This document shows, one piece after another, positions 23,442 to 35,120 of a stretch of DNA of 64,000 nt; position 1 is the stretch's first letter, and the number at the start of each line of letters is the position of its first letter. Source of the DNA: Hypanus sabinus (taxonomy: Eukaryota). The position numbers and the translations under genes were made by a program. The stretch lies in NCBI RefSeq assembly GCF_030144855.1, contig NC_082721.1, positions 20,212,001 through 20,276,000 of the forward strand, written 5' to 3'. A model generated the notes under the pieces. The model had not been told where the DNA came from, made no database searches, and saw nothing but the letters and a program-made list of their open reading frames with translations.

Positions 23442-24237
23442 CATTCAGTGACCACTTTATTAGATACCTCCTGTACCTAATGAAGTGCCCTCTGAGTGTA
23501 TGTTCGTGGTTTTCTGCTGCTATAAGCCATCCACGTTAAGGTTCGATGTGATGTGCATTCAGAGATGCTCTTCTGTGCATTACTGTTGTAACACATGGTT
23601 ATTTGAGTTACTGTCTCCTTCCTGTCAGCTTGAACCAGTCTGGACATTCTCCTCTGACCTCTCTCATTAACAAGGTGTTTTCACCTACAGAACTGCCGCT
23701 CATTAGATTTTTTTTTTGTTTTTTTTCACGATACTCTCTAAACTCTTGAGACTGTTGTGTGTGAAAATCCCAGGAAATTAGCTGCTTCTGAGTTACTCAA
23801 AATACCCTGTCTGGCACCGATGGTTAAAGTCACTTATGAAAATCACATTTTGTTCCTCATTCTAATATTTGGTCTGAACAACAGCAGAACCTCTTTAACT
23901 ACGTCTGCAACACACACAAAATGCTGGTGGAACGCAGCAGGCCAGGCAGCATCTATAGGAAGAAGCACAGTCGATGTTTCGGGGCCGACGAAGGGTCTCA
24001 GCTTGAAACGTCGACTGTACTTCTTCCTATAGATGCTCCTGGCCTGCTGCGTTCCACCAGCATTTTGTGTGTGTTGCTTGAATTCCCAGCATCTGCAGAT
24101 TGCCTTGTGCTTGCGTTTTCAAATGAACTACATCTGCATGCTTTCATGCGTTGAGTTCATGCCACATGATTGGCTGATTAGATAATTGCATTAAAGAGCA
24201 GGTGTACAAGTGTACCTAATAAAGTGGCTGCTGAGTG
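23442..24237 (-). mobile_element. Tc1-derived non-autonomous element, TA-flanked, three TIRs
   Basis: TA-cattcagtgaccactttattag; internal inverted TIR to 23498; right TIR tacctaataaagtggctgctgagtg-TA. Confidence 0.9.
23910..24125. mobile_element. Penelope-like inverted (hairpin) insertion with 13-bp TSD
   Basis: arms 23907-23980 and 24005-24077; TSD aactac(g/a)tctgca at 23897-23909 and 24126-24138. Confidence 0.88.
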
Positions 24238-24295
24238 TATGTTGTCATTCTTTAATTGTTGCTGGAGTGTGAAGTCCCTGAACTCAGTACACAAC

Positions 24296-24555
24296 AGGGC
24301 AGCACAGTGGTTCACACAACGCTTTACAGTACAAACAACTCCCGCCACTGCTTGTAAGGCGTTTGTACATTCTCCCCCTGACCCAGTGGGTTTCCTCTGC
24401 ATGCTCCAGTTTCCTCCCACATTCCAAAGATGGTGGGGGTAAATTGGTCATAGTAGGTGGTCCCATAATTAGGCTAGGAGTAAAATCAGGGGACCGCTGG
24501 GTGATATGTCTCGAAGGACCAGATGGGCCTGTCCACGTCGTATCTCAATAAAATC
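24296..24555 (+). mobile_element. V-SINE (HE1-like)
   Basis: gtttgtacattctcccc...gggtttcctc...gtttcctcccacattccaaaga V-domain; CR1-type tail. Confidence 0.85.
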
Positions 24556-25093
24556 AGCGCTGAGCTTCAGCGGAAAGATTGCAGCAGTCAATGAAAGTGG
24601 CTCAGGAACTAATGGGAAACAGCGGCTAACCATCGGGAAGTAATTCCAAGCCGCGTAAGTAGTTCCTCAGTGAGGGAATGTGTTGGTGAGCTGTGCAAGA
24701 GGACGGCAAATCTAATTCTCAGACTCTGTGGTTTAGTTGATCAGAGTCGGGGTGGTACAGTAACGGGAACATTGTAATTTGTTCTTGGTTTCATGGGTTA
24801 GTGACACTAGTACAACATCAAAGCCGAAGATGGACATAATACTGGAGCCCTCCCCATGGCCTCAGAACTTCTGAAAATGTTTTACAACCTACGTGGTACA
24901 CTTGAAGGATGTTTCCTCAGATCATGTAGGCAAGCTGGCAACAGATTTATGCATAGAATGCTTCATAAACACGAAGTAATTATCACCAGACAATCTCTTT
25001 CAGTAAAGTTAAATGAGAGAAAGTAAGAACCTAGGCACTGGAAGTATCTCAATAATTGACATAAGGATAAAAAGTGCTGCAGATATTTATCCA

Positions 25094-25383
25094 TATTTAG
25101 AGATAGAGTGTGGAAAAAGCCTTTCCAGCCCAAAAAGCTGCACTGCTGGCAAGCCTCCTATTCCATCCTAGTCTAATCACAGGATAATTTACAATGACCA
25201 ATTAACCTACTAACCAGTATGTCATTGGACTGTGGGAGGAAAGTGGAGGGCCCCCGAGGAAACTCACACATTCACGGCGAGAACGTACAAACTCCTCACA
25301 GAGCGTACCAACTTGAACTCCAAACTCTAGTCCCACCCAAGCTGTAAGGGTGTCGCGCTAACTGCTATGTTACCATGGCACCC
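25094..25383 (-). mobile_element. V-SINE (HE1-like)
   Basis: ggactgtgggaggaaa...gagaacgtacaaactcc. Confidence 0.85.
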
Positions 25384-25616
25384 TCGGTTGAGTAGCATCC
25401 TTTGGGACAAGAAGTTAACATACTGGGTTGGCGAACCACAACATGGTCATCAACCTGAAATCTTTCCTCTGATTTTCTCTGTTTGTAAATATTATGTGAG
25501 TTGTGTGATTCCAACATTTTCTGTTCTTGTAACTGAGGATAGCTCTCTAGTCTTGTAGAAATAGAAGCAAGAGGTGGTTTACATTCACTCGAGCATGTAC
25601 TGTAGGTAGGACCTTG

Positions 25617-26055
25617 TCAAAGTCAAAGTAAGCATATTATCTACGTACACATATGTCACCTTGGGATTCATTTCCTTTGAGACATTTACAGGAAAATAAA
25701 GAAATACAACTGAATTTATGAAAAATTATGCATAAGCAGGGCAACCAATGTGCAAAAGAAGACAACTTGAGCTAATAATAATAAAATAAATAAATAATGC
25801 TGAGAACACAAGCTGTAGAGTCCTTCATATTGATTGTGTAGGCAGTTCACTGTTGAGGTGAGTGAAGTTATTCATGCTAGTTCAGGAGCCTAATGGTTGT
25901 AGAGTAGTAGAACGTTTGGTGGTTTGGGATCTAAGGTTGCTGCACCCCCTGCCTGACGGTAATAGTGAGAAGAGAGCATGGCCTGTATAATTGGGATCCT
26001 TAATAATGAATGCTGCTTTCTTGTGAAAACGCTCCTTGTAAATGTGCTTAATGAT
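25617..26055 (-). mobile_element. Rex1/Babar 3' end
   Basis: ORF 25882-26073 KAAFIIKDPNYTGHALFSLLPSGR. Confidence 0.82.
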
Positions 26056-26353
26056 TGCGTGGTGCGTGGCCAACTGGTAAAGTGGTCTAGTGGTCTAGTG
26101 GTCTAGCGGTCTGAAGGTTGCTAGTTCGAGCCTCAGCTAAGGCAACGTGTTGTGTCCTTGAGCAAGGCACTTAACCACACATTGCTCTGCGACGACACTG
26201 CTGCCAAGCTGTATGGGTCCTAATGCCCTTCCCTTGGACAACATCGGTGGCATGGAGAGGGGAGATTTGCAGCATGGGCAACAGCAGGTCTTTGATACAA
26301 CCCTGCCCAGGCCTCAGTCATCATCGAAAATCGATGAACAGCTGAAGAAAGAG
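26056..26353 (+). mobile_element. tRNA-derived CORE-type SINE with RTE-like tail
   Basis: A/B-box head (gtggcc...gttcgagcc); tgtgtccttgagcaaggcacttaacc core; candidate TSD aatgat (26050-55 and 26354-59). Confidence 0.75.
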
Positions 26354-27664
26354 AATGATGGGGTGACTTTGAGAGACAGAGCAGCTCCTGCTCAGTGCAG
26401 CACTCAGGCATTAGCTTAGATTTTTGCACACGAGCATCTGAACTAGCAACCTTCCAATGGTGGCCAAGTACACTGACCACTGTGCTACATACAAGCGAGG
26501 TTTCACTATTAAATTTTGACTGGCATACATTTCTTATCATCTCTCCCTCTCATCACTCACACCTAATCCTTCATCTCACCCCCTCACATTTCCCATCTCC
26601 CTCCTGCTCCTCACAGAGGTACAAACTCATGACCACACCTTGCTTTGGCGAATGCCTGGCACTAGGTGACGGACGCTGTGGAACCACGTTGCTCTCTTCA
26701 AGACTGGAACTGTCAGGACAGAAGAATTTGTATGAAGGCAATACCCCTTTAAATACTTTCTGGAAGGAGCAGTCGGCAAAATGTCTCAGTTCAAGGATAC
26801 TGGCTTCAAAAATTGTGATGTCATCAAAAGATAGAGACCTTAATGACCTTGGTATGTTTGTGCACCATGTGTCCACATTGAGTGCCTGAATAATTAAACC
26901 ACTCACATCAGTAAATGTCTGGGTCAGTGCAAGTTGGTAGTTCATAAATATAAAGCAGCATTAATTCCCATTATTTTCTGTGACACTGTTAATTTAATAT
27001 TTCTTATGACATTTAGAAAGGCATTGTCGCTAATCTTACAATGACATGTAAAGGTGAGCCAGCGCAAAACTAGCCAAAAATGTGATGCAGTCTCTCAGTA
27101 GCAGGAGAGGTGCTCCTGACTTCCCAGTGCAACTAACTCTGACAGAATGAAGACAGCTTCCTGGAATAATGTGCGGCCTGAGGTATAACACATACACTCC
27201 AAGCTGGCCAAAGGCCAACTTCACAAACACCTTGAGGTAAATAGTAATGAATCCAAACCTCTGGGCTTGGTTTACAAGACCTGTTTGTGGAGATGTGAAC
27301 TCCAACAAAACTCTGCGTTGTGAAACAGTGCCAGAACACACTGACACTTATCTCTTTCCGTGTGTCAAATTCCCTCGGTTACAGGGACCACGGGAGAAAG
27401 TGTCCTTCGTTAACTGACAAAGTTACAGGCGCAGGAGATGTTCTGAGCTCGTCACCTTTCAGCTGACAGAATCTGAGTGCTCCTGGTCGGATTTGGAGTC
27501 AAGTAGCCTGAACTGCAGTGGAGCTCGCCCCATCAAGGTCCTGCCTTTGATTGTAGTGTTGATAAGCCATGTGGAAGGAATATAGTAACGGGAGGGAGAA
27601 CAGATGAAGGAGGTCAAGCAAGTGTAAGGACAACCTTGAAGGTTTAGACTCTAAATGTTGCATC

Positions 27665-27925
27665 TTATCATCTTAGGCAATCCCTTGGGACTGAAGTTGA
27701 CTTATTTCAATTCATGTTCTGTGGGTTCTGTAACATGGAAGAAGTAGGAGGTGCAAGCTATGTCATAGGCCGCCAAGAGATGCCTGACTGGTGGGCAGGT
27801 GGGTAATTTGGGAAATGGAGCACTCCTTTCTGAGAGGCTTTCATGTGCAGTGAAGAGGAGATGCAAAATACTCAGTGCCTTTTGAGGAGCTTCTCCTTCA
27901 CTTTGAGTCATCATGGTGTTGACTG
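27665..27925 (-). mobile_element. Degenerate RTE-type 3' end
   Basis: atcatcttaggcaatcccttggga...gatgacttt-like terminus. Confidence 0.4.
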
Positions 27926-28069
27926 AGATTGTTCAATGATAGTTCATTTTGATAAAATCCTTGAAACGTTCCCTCCGTCCTCCTGGCGACAGAGCTCGAA
28001 TCAGTGCCCTTGTTTTGGGAATTGGGTTTTGACAGAAAAGTGATCTTCATCTGCCCATCACTCACACGT

Positions 28070-28345
28070 CCTTCTTCTGATTTCCCCTCCCTGACAGGTC
28101 CCACCTGCCCCCCGCCCCCATTCCCTTTACTTGAGTCCATGCTCCACCTTCCTCTTCAATCAGATTCCATCATCTTCAGCTCTTTGTTGCCTCCATCTAA
28201 CACCTTCCAGCTATTTCCACTTCCGCTTCCCCCATCATCACTCCCCACTTCTATTGCCCCTCTATACCAGTCGAGATAAAGAGTCCTGACCCGCAATGTC
28301 GACTGTCCTTTCCCCTCCACTGATGCTCCCTGACCTGCTGAGTCA
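28070..28345 (+). mobile_element. Penelope-like 3' end (decayed hammerhead)
   Basis: atcagattcc...ccagtcgagataaagagtcctgacccgcaatgtcgactg...gatgctccctgacctgctgagt. Confidence 0.7.
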
Positions 28346-28453
28346 GATTTTCCCATCACCCCCACACTCCTTCTACTGGTTCTCCTTTCTGACAGTTCCA
28401 ATCTACCTTGCCCACCTGCTTGTGGGTGGCACACGTACAGTTCAAAGTTCAAA

Positions 28454-28752
28454 GTGTAGCGGTTAGCGCAATCACCTTACAGTGCCAGCTGTAGTTTGGA
28501 CTTTGATTCCTACCGTTATCTGTAAGGAGTTTGTATGCTCTCCCCATGACTGCTTGGCTTTCCTCTGGGTGCTCTGGTTTCCTCCCATATTCCAAAGATG
28601 TACGCGATAAGGCTAGTAAGTTGTGGGCATGCTATATTGGTGCAGAAGGCATGATAACCCTCACGAACTGCCTGGCCCAATCCTCGTTGATTTGATTTAA
28701 TGCAAGTAACACCGCATGTTTCGATGTACATGTGACAAATAAAACTAATCTT
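28454..28752 (+). mobile_element. V-SINE with alternative (Rex-type) tail
   Basis: V-domain followed by gggcatgctatattggtgc...tttcgatgtacatgtgacaaataaaactaatctt. Confidence 0.85.
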
Positions 28753-29199
28753 GTGTGTTGAATGACGAAGCTAGTCCAGGAAGCTGTAGAAGTGTAACTA
28801 GAGGCTCACTGCCGGGGATCTGGGAGAGGTCATTCCTGTATTGTTGGCCAGAGAAATGGAGTTAATATTTCAGTCATGGACTTTTCTTCAGGACTGTAAA
28901 AACTCCGAGACTGATAGGTTGGTGAAGGCAAGGAGAGAATTGGAATATGAAATGCAGCCCTGTATGGACTCCATCCTTCTGCTAGTTTCACTGTCTCTGA
29001 TGAATCTGTTCTGACACTGACATGTCTCATTTTTCCCCTCAAATGAGAATTTCCCATCTTCGTTATTGCCAGGGCCCTTAATACAGTCTGTTTAATTCCT
29101 TGCTTTCACTCCTTACCCAGTACTATAATAAGTTTCCCCTTGTCCTCACCTTCTACCCTGCCATCCCCTGTACTGTAGACTCCTTGGACACTTCCAATT

Positions 29200-29365
29200 C
29201 CTTCCCTTCAGTTTTTCTTTCTGCTCCCACCAGTCCGCCAACATCCTTTGTATCTTAAAGCCTGTTTATCTCAAACCTTTCCCAGTTCTGATGAAAGGTC
29301 GCTGACCTGAAATGTTAACTCTGTTTCTCTCTCCAAATCCACTGAGTATTTTCTGTTTTTATTCC
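29200..29365 (+). mobile_element. Penelope-like 3' end
   Basis: ttcccagttctgatgaaaggtc...gttaactctgtttctctctcc...gagtattttctgtttttatt. Confidence 0.7.
29284..29319 (+). ncRNA. Minimal type I hammerhead ribozyme motif
   Basis: agtt-CTGATGA-a-aggtc(gct)gacct-GAAA-t-GTT-aact: stem I agtt/aact, perfect 5-bp stem II, intact core, NUH=GUU; activity untested. Confidence 0.7.
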
Positions 29366-29771
29366 TCCAGTTTAATGATGGTGCTTTGCAAAGGACCAGA
29401 TCTCGAGCAGATCTAGGGCTGAATATTATGTCAGCCCGTTGCCCACACAGACAGCTTCAAGCGCTGTCCCTGTTGTTCAATGTATTGAACAGTTTCCAAC
29501 CGACGTCTCATCGGGTCCCTAATTTCAAATATGTGTCTCCTGGTACCTGACCTTTTTGTCCTAACTAAACTGCTAATCCCTTAAACTACCTTGAAAACTT
29601 CAAAATCATATTACATCAAACCTCTTTCCTTTCCCCTTTTCTGCCCGAGCGCAGTGACAGTGTAATATTTGGCAGGATGTGTAAATTAATCAGATCACTT
29701 TATTCTTACAATTCTTTTCAGTTTTCAATCAAAATCTGGCTCAGAACTCCCCACAAATTAGATTTTCACAA

Positions 29772-30820
29772 AAGTCAATGTTCAAGGTAAATTTATTACC
29801 AAAGCATGTATGCTACCATTCACTACCTAGGGATTAATTTTCTTGCAGGCATTTACAGGGAAAAAGAAATAGATTCAAAGGATCAAGGTACATTTATTAT
29901 CAAAGAATTTATAAATTATACAACCTGGAGATTTGCTCGCTCTCAGGCAGCCGCAATGCAAGAAACTCGAAAGAACCTATTTTAAAAAATATGAAGACCA
30001 ACCCCTCAAAGAGGGAAAAAAACACAAATCATGCAAACAATAGAAGCAAGCAACATCAACAGCATTCTGAAGCAAATTGAGTCCTTAGATGCAAATCCCC
30101 AGAGCAGCCTGGAGTAGGCCCAAAGCCTTGGTCTCAGTTCATCATATTAGTGAGGTAAATCCCCACCGAGTTCGCAGACAGGAAGCACAGCAGCCAGGGG
30201 AAGTCTCACAGCCTTAGTGTTGTGGAGAGAGGAGCCCCCAGACTATCTGGGCTGTATTTAAACCGTCCAAACAATGGATCATATCTCACTTTGTTGCATT
30301 GAATCACTCAGGCTGAGGTTTCACTGCCGAAGAAGCAGTTCTTAACCTCTCCAAACCGACTCGGGGCCCAGTCTGATCCAGCTTCGCACAGCTCTTGACA
30401 CCCTGCCTCTCCTGTCTACCTGGGCCGGTGTTCAGTAAAATTTTCCAAAAAAACTATGCATAAACAGACAAAGGGTAATGTGCAAAAGAAGACAAGATGT
30501 GCAAATAAAAAATACTATCAAGAGCACGAGTTCAAGGAGTCCTTGAAAGCTAGTCTGAGTGTCGTGGAATCATTTCAGAGCAGTGGTGAATAAAATTATC
30601 CATGTTGATTTGGGAGCCTGGTTGTTGTAGGGTAATAACTGTTCCTGAACCTGGTGCAGCTGGACTTTAAGATTCTGTCCCTCCTGCTTGACTGTTGTCA
30701 TGAGAAGTGGACATTGTCTGGGTGGTGGGGGCCTTTGATGATGGATGCTGCTTTCTAGTGGCAGCACTCCTTGTAATTGTACTCAACATGGTGGGGAGAG
30801 CTTTGCCTGTGATGAACTGG
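29772..30820 (-). mobile_element. Rex1/Babar 3' end split by a non-autonomous retroposon (29872-30432)
   Basis: tail at 29772-29871 resumes at ~30433; ASIIKGPHHP-type C-terminus at ~30570-30820. Confidence 0.75.
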
Positions 30821-30825
30821 TCATG

Positions 30826-30950
30826 CATCAGCTTCCACTGGTTCCCCACCTCCCTCCCATTACTCCATGGTCCACTGTCCTCTCCGATCAGATTCCTTCT
30901 TCAGACCTTTACCTCTTCCTCCGCTCCCATCCCAGCTTCTCACTTCTGTA
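30826..30950 (+). mobile_element. Penelope-like 3' UTR fragment
   Basis: ccatggtccactgtcctctccgatcagattccttcttc. Confidence 0.55.
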
Positions 30951-31499
30951 GCTGGATCTCTGATGCAATATTTCTAGAAGCCGCATCAATGTACCCCTCT
31001 GTTGTAGTGTAGGATGTGTGTGTTTGAATATAAAAGCAAGGTTATAATACTGATGCTTTATAAGGCGTTGGTCAGACCATACTGCAAGATTTCCGATGAA
31101 TTGCTTGAAATGGTGGTGGAATAGTGAACCTCAAAAAAGAATGGCATGCATATCAAACATCAATGATGAAAGAATATTGGGACTAATTGGATCGCCCTTT
31201 CAAAAGGTCCATAGAGGCCAAGACAGCCAAGTGGCTTCCTTCCGTGTCATAAAGTCCCGGGTTGTGAGTGCAGAACGAAGCTGTTAGCAATGGTTTAAAA
31301 GGTGAATTGTTGCTCTTGGGACATGGTATAGCAATTTGTGCTGGCACATTTATTAATCTTCCAGTCCAGAGGAATCCACTCCAAGTCTTCCACGTCTGTC
31401 CTGAAGCAGCGATTTACCTTGCAGTCCAGGTGGCTCCAATCCAGAACTCCTGGGGCCGGCCAGACACAACCACTTATCTCAGAAGTGTGATAAGATAAC

Positions 31500-34275
31500 T
31501 GGGCTACAGGTGAGATTGAAACAGTGCAGATTCAAGATCCCTTCCCCACTCCTCTTTATGCTGTGAGCTAACATCCAGACTAAGGAGAACAAAGTTGATG
31601 TATAAAAGCGAGACTGACCTACTAAAGAGAGCCGAGGGACTCGTGTGTACTCTGTTTTATTGAGATGTGGCTTACATGTGCTTAACCTGACCGTGCTATA
31701 CAACCTGGGGGTTTCTTAATTCACCAGATGGACTGTATGGCATGCTTAGGGAGGGATCTGCTCCCTATCCAACTCATGGTGATTGAATATGAGGGTTCTG
31801 ATGAGTTCCTGTTCATCAGCTTGGAATATTTAACAGTGAAGTGTTACCCTTCCTACCTACCATGGAAATCCACTTCAGCTATCCTGCTGCTAGCCACATC
31901 CCACCCCAAGAGGATTTGAAGCCTTCATTCAATGAACTATATTCTAAGCTCAATAGGTTTGAAACAGGATACTCCAGAGCCCTCTTCCTCATTGCTAGCA
32001 ACTTCAACCAGAAGACATGGAACAGAATTAGTCCATTCAGTCCATCAAGTCTCTTCCACAATTCCATCACAGCTAAATTGTTATCCCTCTGAACCTTTTC
32101 CTTGTAACCTTTGTTGCTCTTAATAATCAAGAATCTATCACCTTGGCCTCCAAAACCATGTGTTGCAATGAATTCAATCCATTCACCACCCTTTGGCTAA
32201 AGAAATTCCTCCTCATTTCCTTTCTAAGGGAATGGTTTTCTGTTCTGAGGCTGTACCCTGTGATCTTAGACTCACCCACCTTGTGAAACATCCTCTCCAC
32301 ATCTACACTATCTAGGCCTTTCAATATTCAGAATGTTTCACTGAGATCCTCCTCATTCTTCTAAATTCCAGTAAGTACAAGCACAGACCCATCAAATGCT
32401 CTTCATACATTAACCCTTTCATCCCCAGGATCATTCTTGAAAACTTCCTCTGGATCCTTTCCAATACAGCAAATCCTTTTCTAGAAATGGCGCCTGTAAC
32501 TGCTCGGAATAGTCCAGATGTGATCTGACCAGTGTCTGATAAAACCTCAGGCTTACATCCTTACTTTTATATTCTAGTATTCTCAAAGTGAAAACTAACA
32601 TTGAATTTGCCTTTCCTTGCTACTTATCCAGAGCTTTATAAGAAGTTGAGATACGACCTCTGTAAAGCTATCAGCGATGCCAAAAGACAATACCAGTCCA
32701 AAGTTGAGTTCTAGACCAGCCATAATGCTATAATGAGCAACAAGATGAAATCAGGCAGCACTGCCAACAACAGCTCATCCCTTACTGGTGAGCTTGGTCC
32801 ATCTTTTGCCTGTTTTGAACAGAAGGGGATTTAATTGTCACCACCCATCTCAATAACTTTTAATACACCTGTGTCCACAGTCACCACTGCGGACATAAGA
32901 TCAGTTCTCAGGAGAACAAACCCTCCATAAGCAACTGGCTATGTTCTTAGATCCTGTGCAGATCAGCTGGTGGGGATATTTGCAAACATTTTTAATCTCT
33001 CCCTACTTCAATCTGCTTTAAGAAGACCTCTACCATCCCGATACCTAAGAAAACAAGATAACCTGCCTTAATGACAAGTACCCGATAGTTCTGACATCCA
33101 CCATCATGAAGTGCTTCAAGAGGCTTTATGGTACATACTAACTTCAGCATCCCAGATAACCTTGGCTCACAGTATTTTGCCCATTGCCAAAATAGGTCTA
33201 TGACTGACCTGCCCGACAGTCCTCTTGGAACATCTGGCAAAAAACCCCTGCATTTATCAACTGCAGTTCAGTCTTTTAATTCCAAACAAACTCATCTCTG
33301 CGCTCCTTGACATTGGACTCAACACCTCCCTTTGCAACGGGATACTTCCCGACCAACAGTGACGTTAGGCAGCAACATCTCCTCCACTGTTACTCTCAAT
33401 ACTGGTGCCCCACAAGTTTGTCCTGAGCTCCTCAATCTACTCCCTATACAGTCCAGCACTATGTCCAGATTCTGCTATAACTTTGTCTACAAATTTGCAG
33501 ATGATACCACTATGGTAGGCTGTATCTCAAATAACAATAAGTCAGAGTACAGAAAGAGGATGGAGAGCCTAATGATGTCATGTCATGCCAACAACATTTC
33601 CCTCAACATCAGCAACCAAAAGAGCTGGTTATTGACTTCAAAAGGGTTGGCATGAGGTCGGGTGATGATTATGCACATGTTCCTATTTACGTCAATGGTT
33701 CTGAGGCTGAGAGCTCCAAGATCCGAGGAATGAACCTCAACAACAGTATGTTACGGTCCAACTACAATGATGTCAAGGACAAGACAGCTTACCAATGCCC
33801 CTATATCCTCAGGAGGCTTAAGAAATTTAGAATATCCCCTTTGACCCTCACCAATTTTTAATGATGCTCCTTGCAAAAACATCCTATCTGGATCACTCCT
33901 GGCTTGGTATGGCAATTGCTTTGCCAGTGATCGCAAGAAAGTATAGAGAGTGATGGACGCAGCTCAGCACATCACAGGAACCTGCCTTGCCTCCGTGGAC
34001 TCTGTCTACACTTCTCACTGCCTCAGTAAAGCAGCCAATATAATCAGAGACCCCACCCACCCCAGACATTCTCTCTTCTCCCCTCCTCCATTGTGCAGAA
34101 AATACTAATGTCTGAAAGCACATGCCTCTGGACACCTCAAGAACAGCTTCTCTACATACTATTTATTACAAATTACTATAATCTGTACATTGCACATTCA
34201 GACGGAGACATAAAGAACTAAATATTTTTACTCCCCACATATGTGAAGGATGTAAGAAATAAAGTCAATTCAAAT
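31500..34275 (+). mobile_element. Long decayed Rex1/Babar LINE (APE endonuclease, RT, DUF1891 region, tail)
   Basis: ANIQTKENKVD, KCYPSYLP (EN); TVTLNTGAPQ, YKFADDTTMVGCISNNNKSEYRK (RT); YILRRLKKF; IIRDPTHPRHSLF; tail aataaagtcaattcaa. Confidence 0.9.
32011..32620 (-). mobile_element. CR1 3' part inserted in Rex
   Basis: ORF 32127-32324 KGLDSVDVERMF...RRNFFSQRVVN. Confidence 0.88.
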
Positions 34276-35120
34276 ATGACCTCATAAATGGACCAGTGGG
34301 CTCGCTTACTGAAACAAAACCTGCTGACTAGACAGGTTGGTGAAGAGGCAATTCATTGGTCAGGGAACTGAGTACAAGAGTTGGGACTCACGTTACATTT
34401 GTAGAAGACGTTGCTGAGACCGCCCTTGGAGCATTGAGTTAAGTTCAGGTTGCCATCTTCTTAGAAGAGCAATGCATGAAGGTTTAAAAGAATCAAACAG
34501 CATTAGATCCAGGCATGAAGAAAATGGTGAATGAAAATACATAAATTGGATCTGGGCATCTATAGGCCATTCCCAGTTATTCATGAGTAGGTGATGGAGA
34601 GTTCCCTTCTCAAACTCCTTGCTAAACAAGTTTCCATGATGAAGAACTGGTGATTTTGCTTCCTCGTCAGAATACCTGGACAGGAACATCTAGGTTCCTA
34701 AATGTTTTCTGTCCTTTGCTCTTTGGTGGGGGAGCTGGTTGCCGTCGAAGAAACCTTGGAGAGTTGCCAGCTTGTTAATTGAACCCATTATTAACTCTGA
34801 AGGACGGTGATTCAGTCTGTTCAATATGCAATTTATTCTGCACATGTTTAGGGGCCATATATTTTTACCACGAGTCCAGAATGGAATGGTGGGCAATACT
34901 CCCATCACTCATGCCTGGTGTAAGCCACGCGATTGATTGCATGCAGGCAGTTGATGTTATCCTCCTCGTACCACTTTGGAGCAATAATCCTTTTCTCCTG
35001 CGATGTTGCTGTAGTTTGCAGAGACTCTGCTTAAACTGACTGTGCCATAGAATAGATTGCTATTTTGCTGTGAAATCAATTCTGCTGTACCATAGAGTCT
35101 GTCTTCATACTATAAAATAG

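Noticed and set aside
24560-24662. Possible exon ending at the strong donor-like ccgc|gtaagt
   Set aside because: All three frames from the nearby AGs contain stops; one frame resembles a decayed Rex segment.
26395-26945. Overlapping 164-aa and 124-aa ORFs
   Set aside because: No recognisable domain, low-complexity composition, and no splice support.
31418-31477. Minus-strand micro-exon candidate encoding GRPQEFWIGATWTA (lectin-like WIG) with AAG|GTAAAT
   Set aside because: Very short, no neighbouring exons, and directly adjacent to the 5' region of a Rex element; likely chance.
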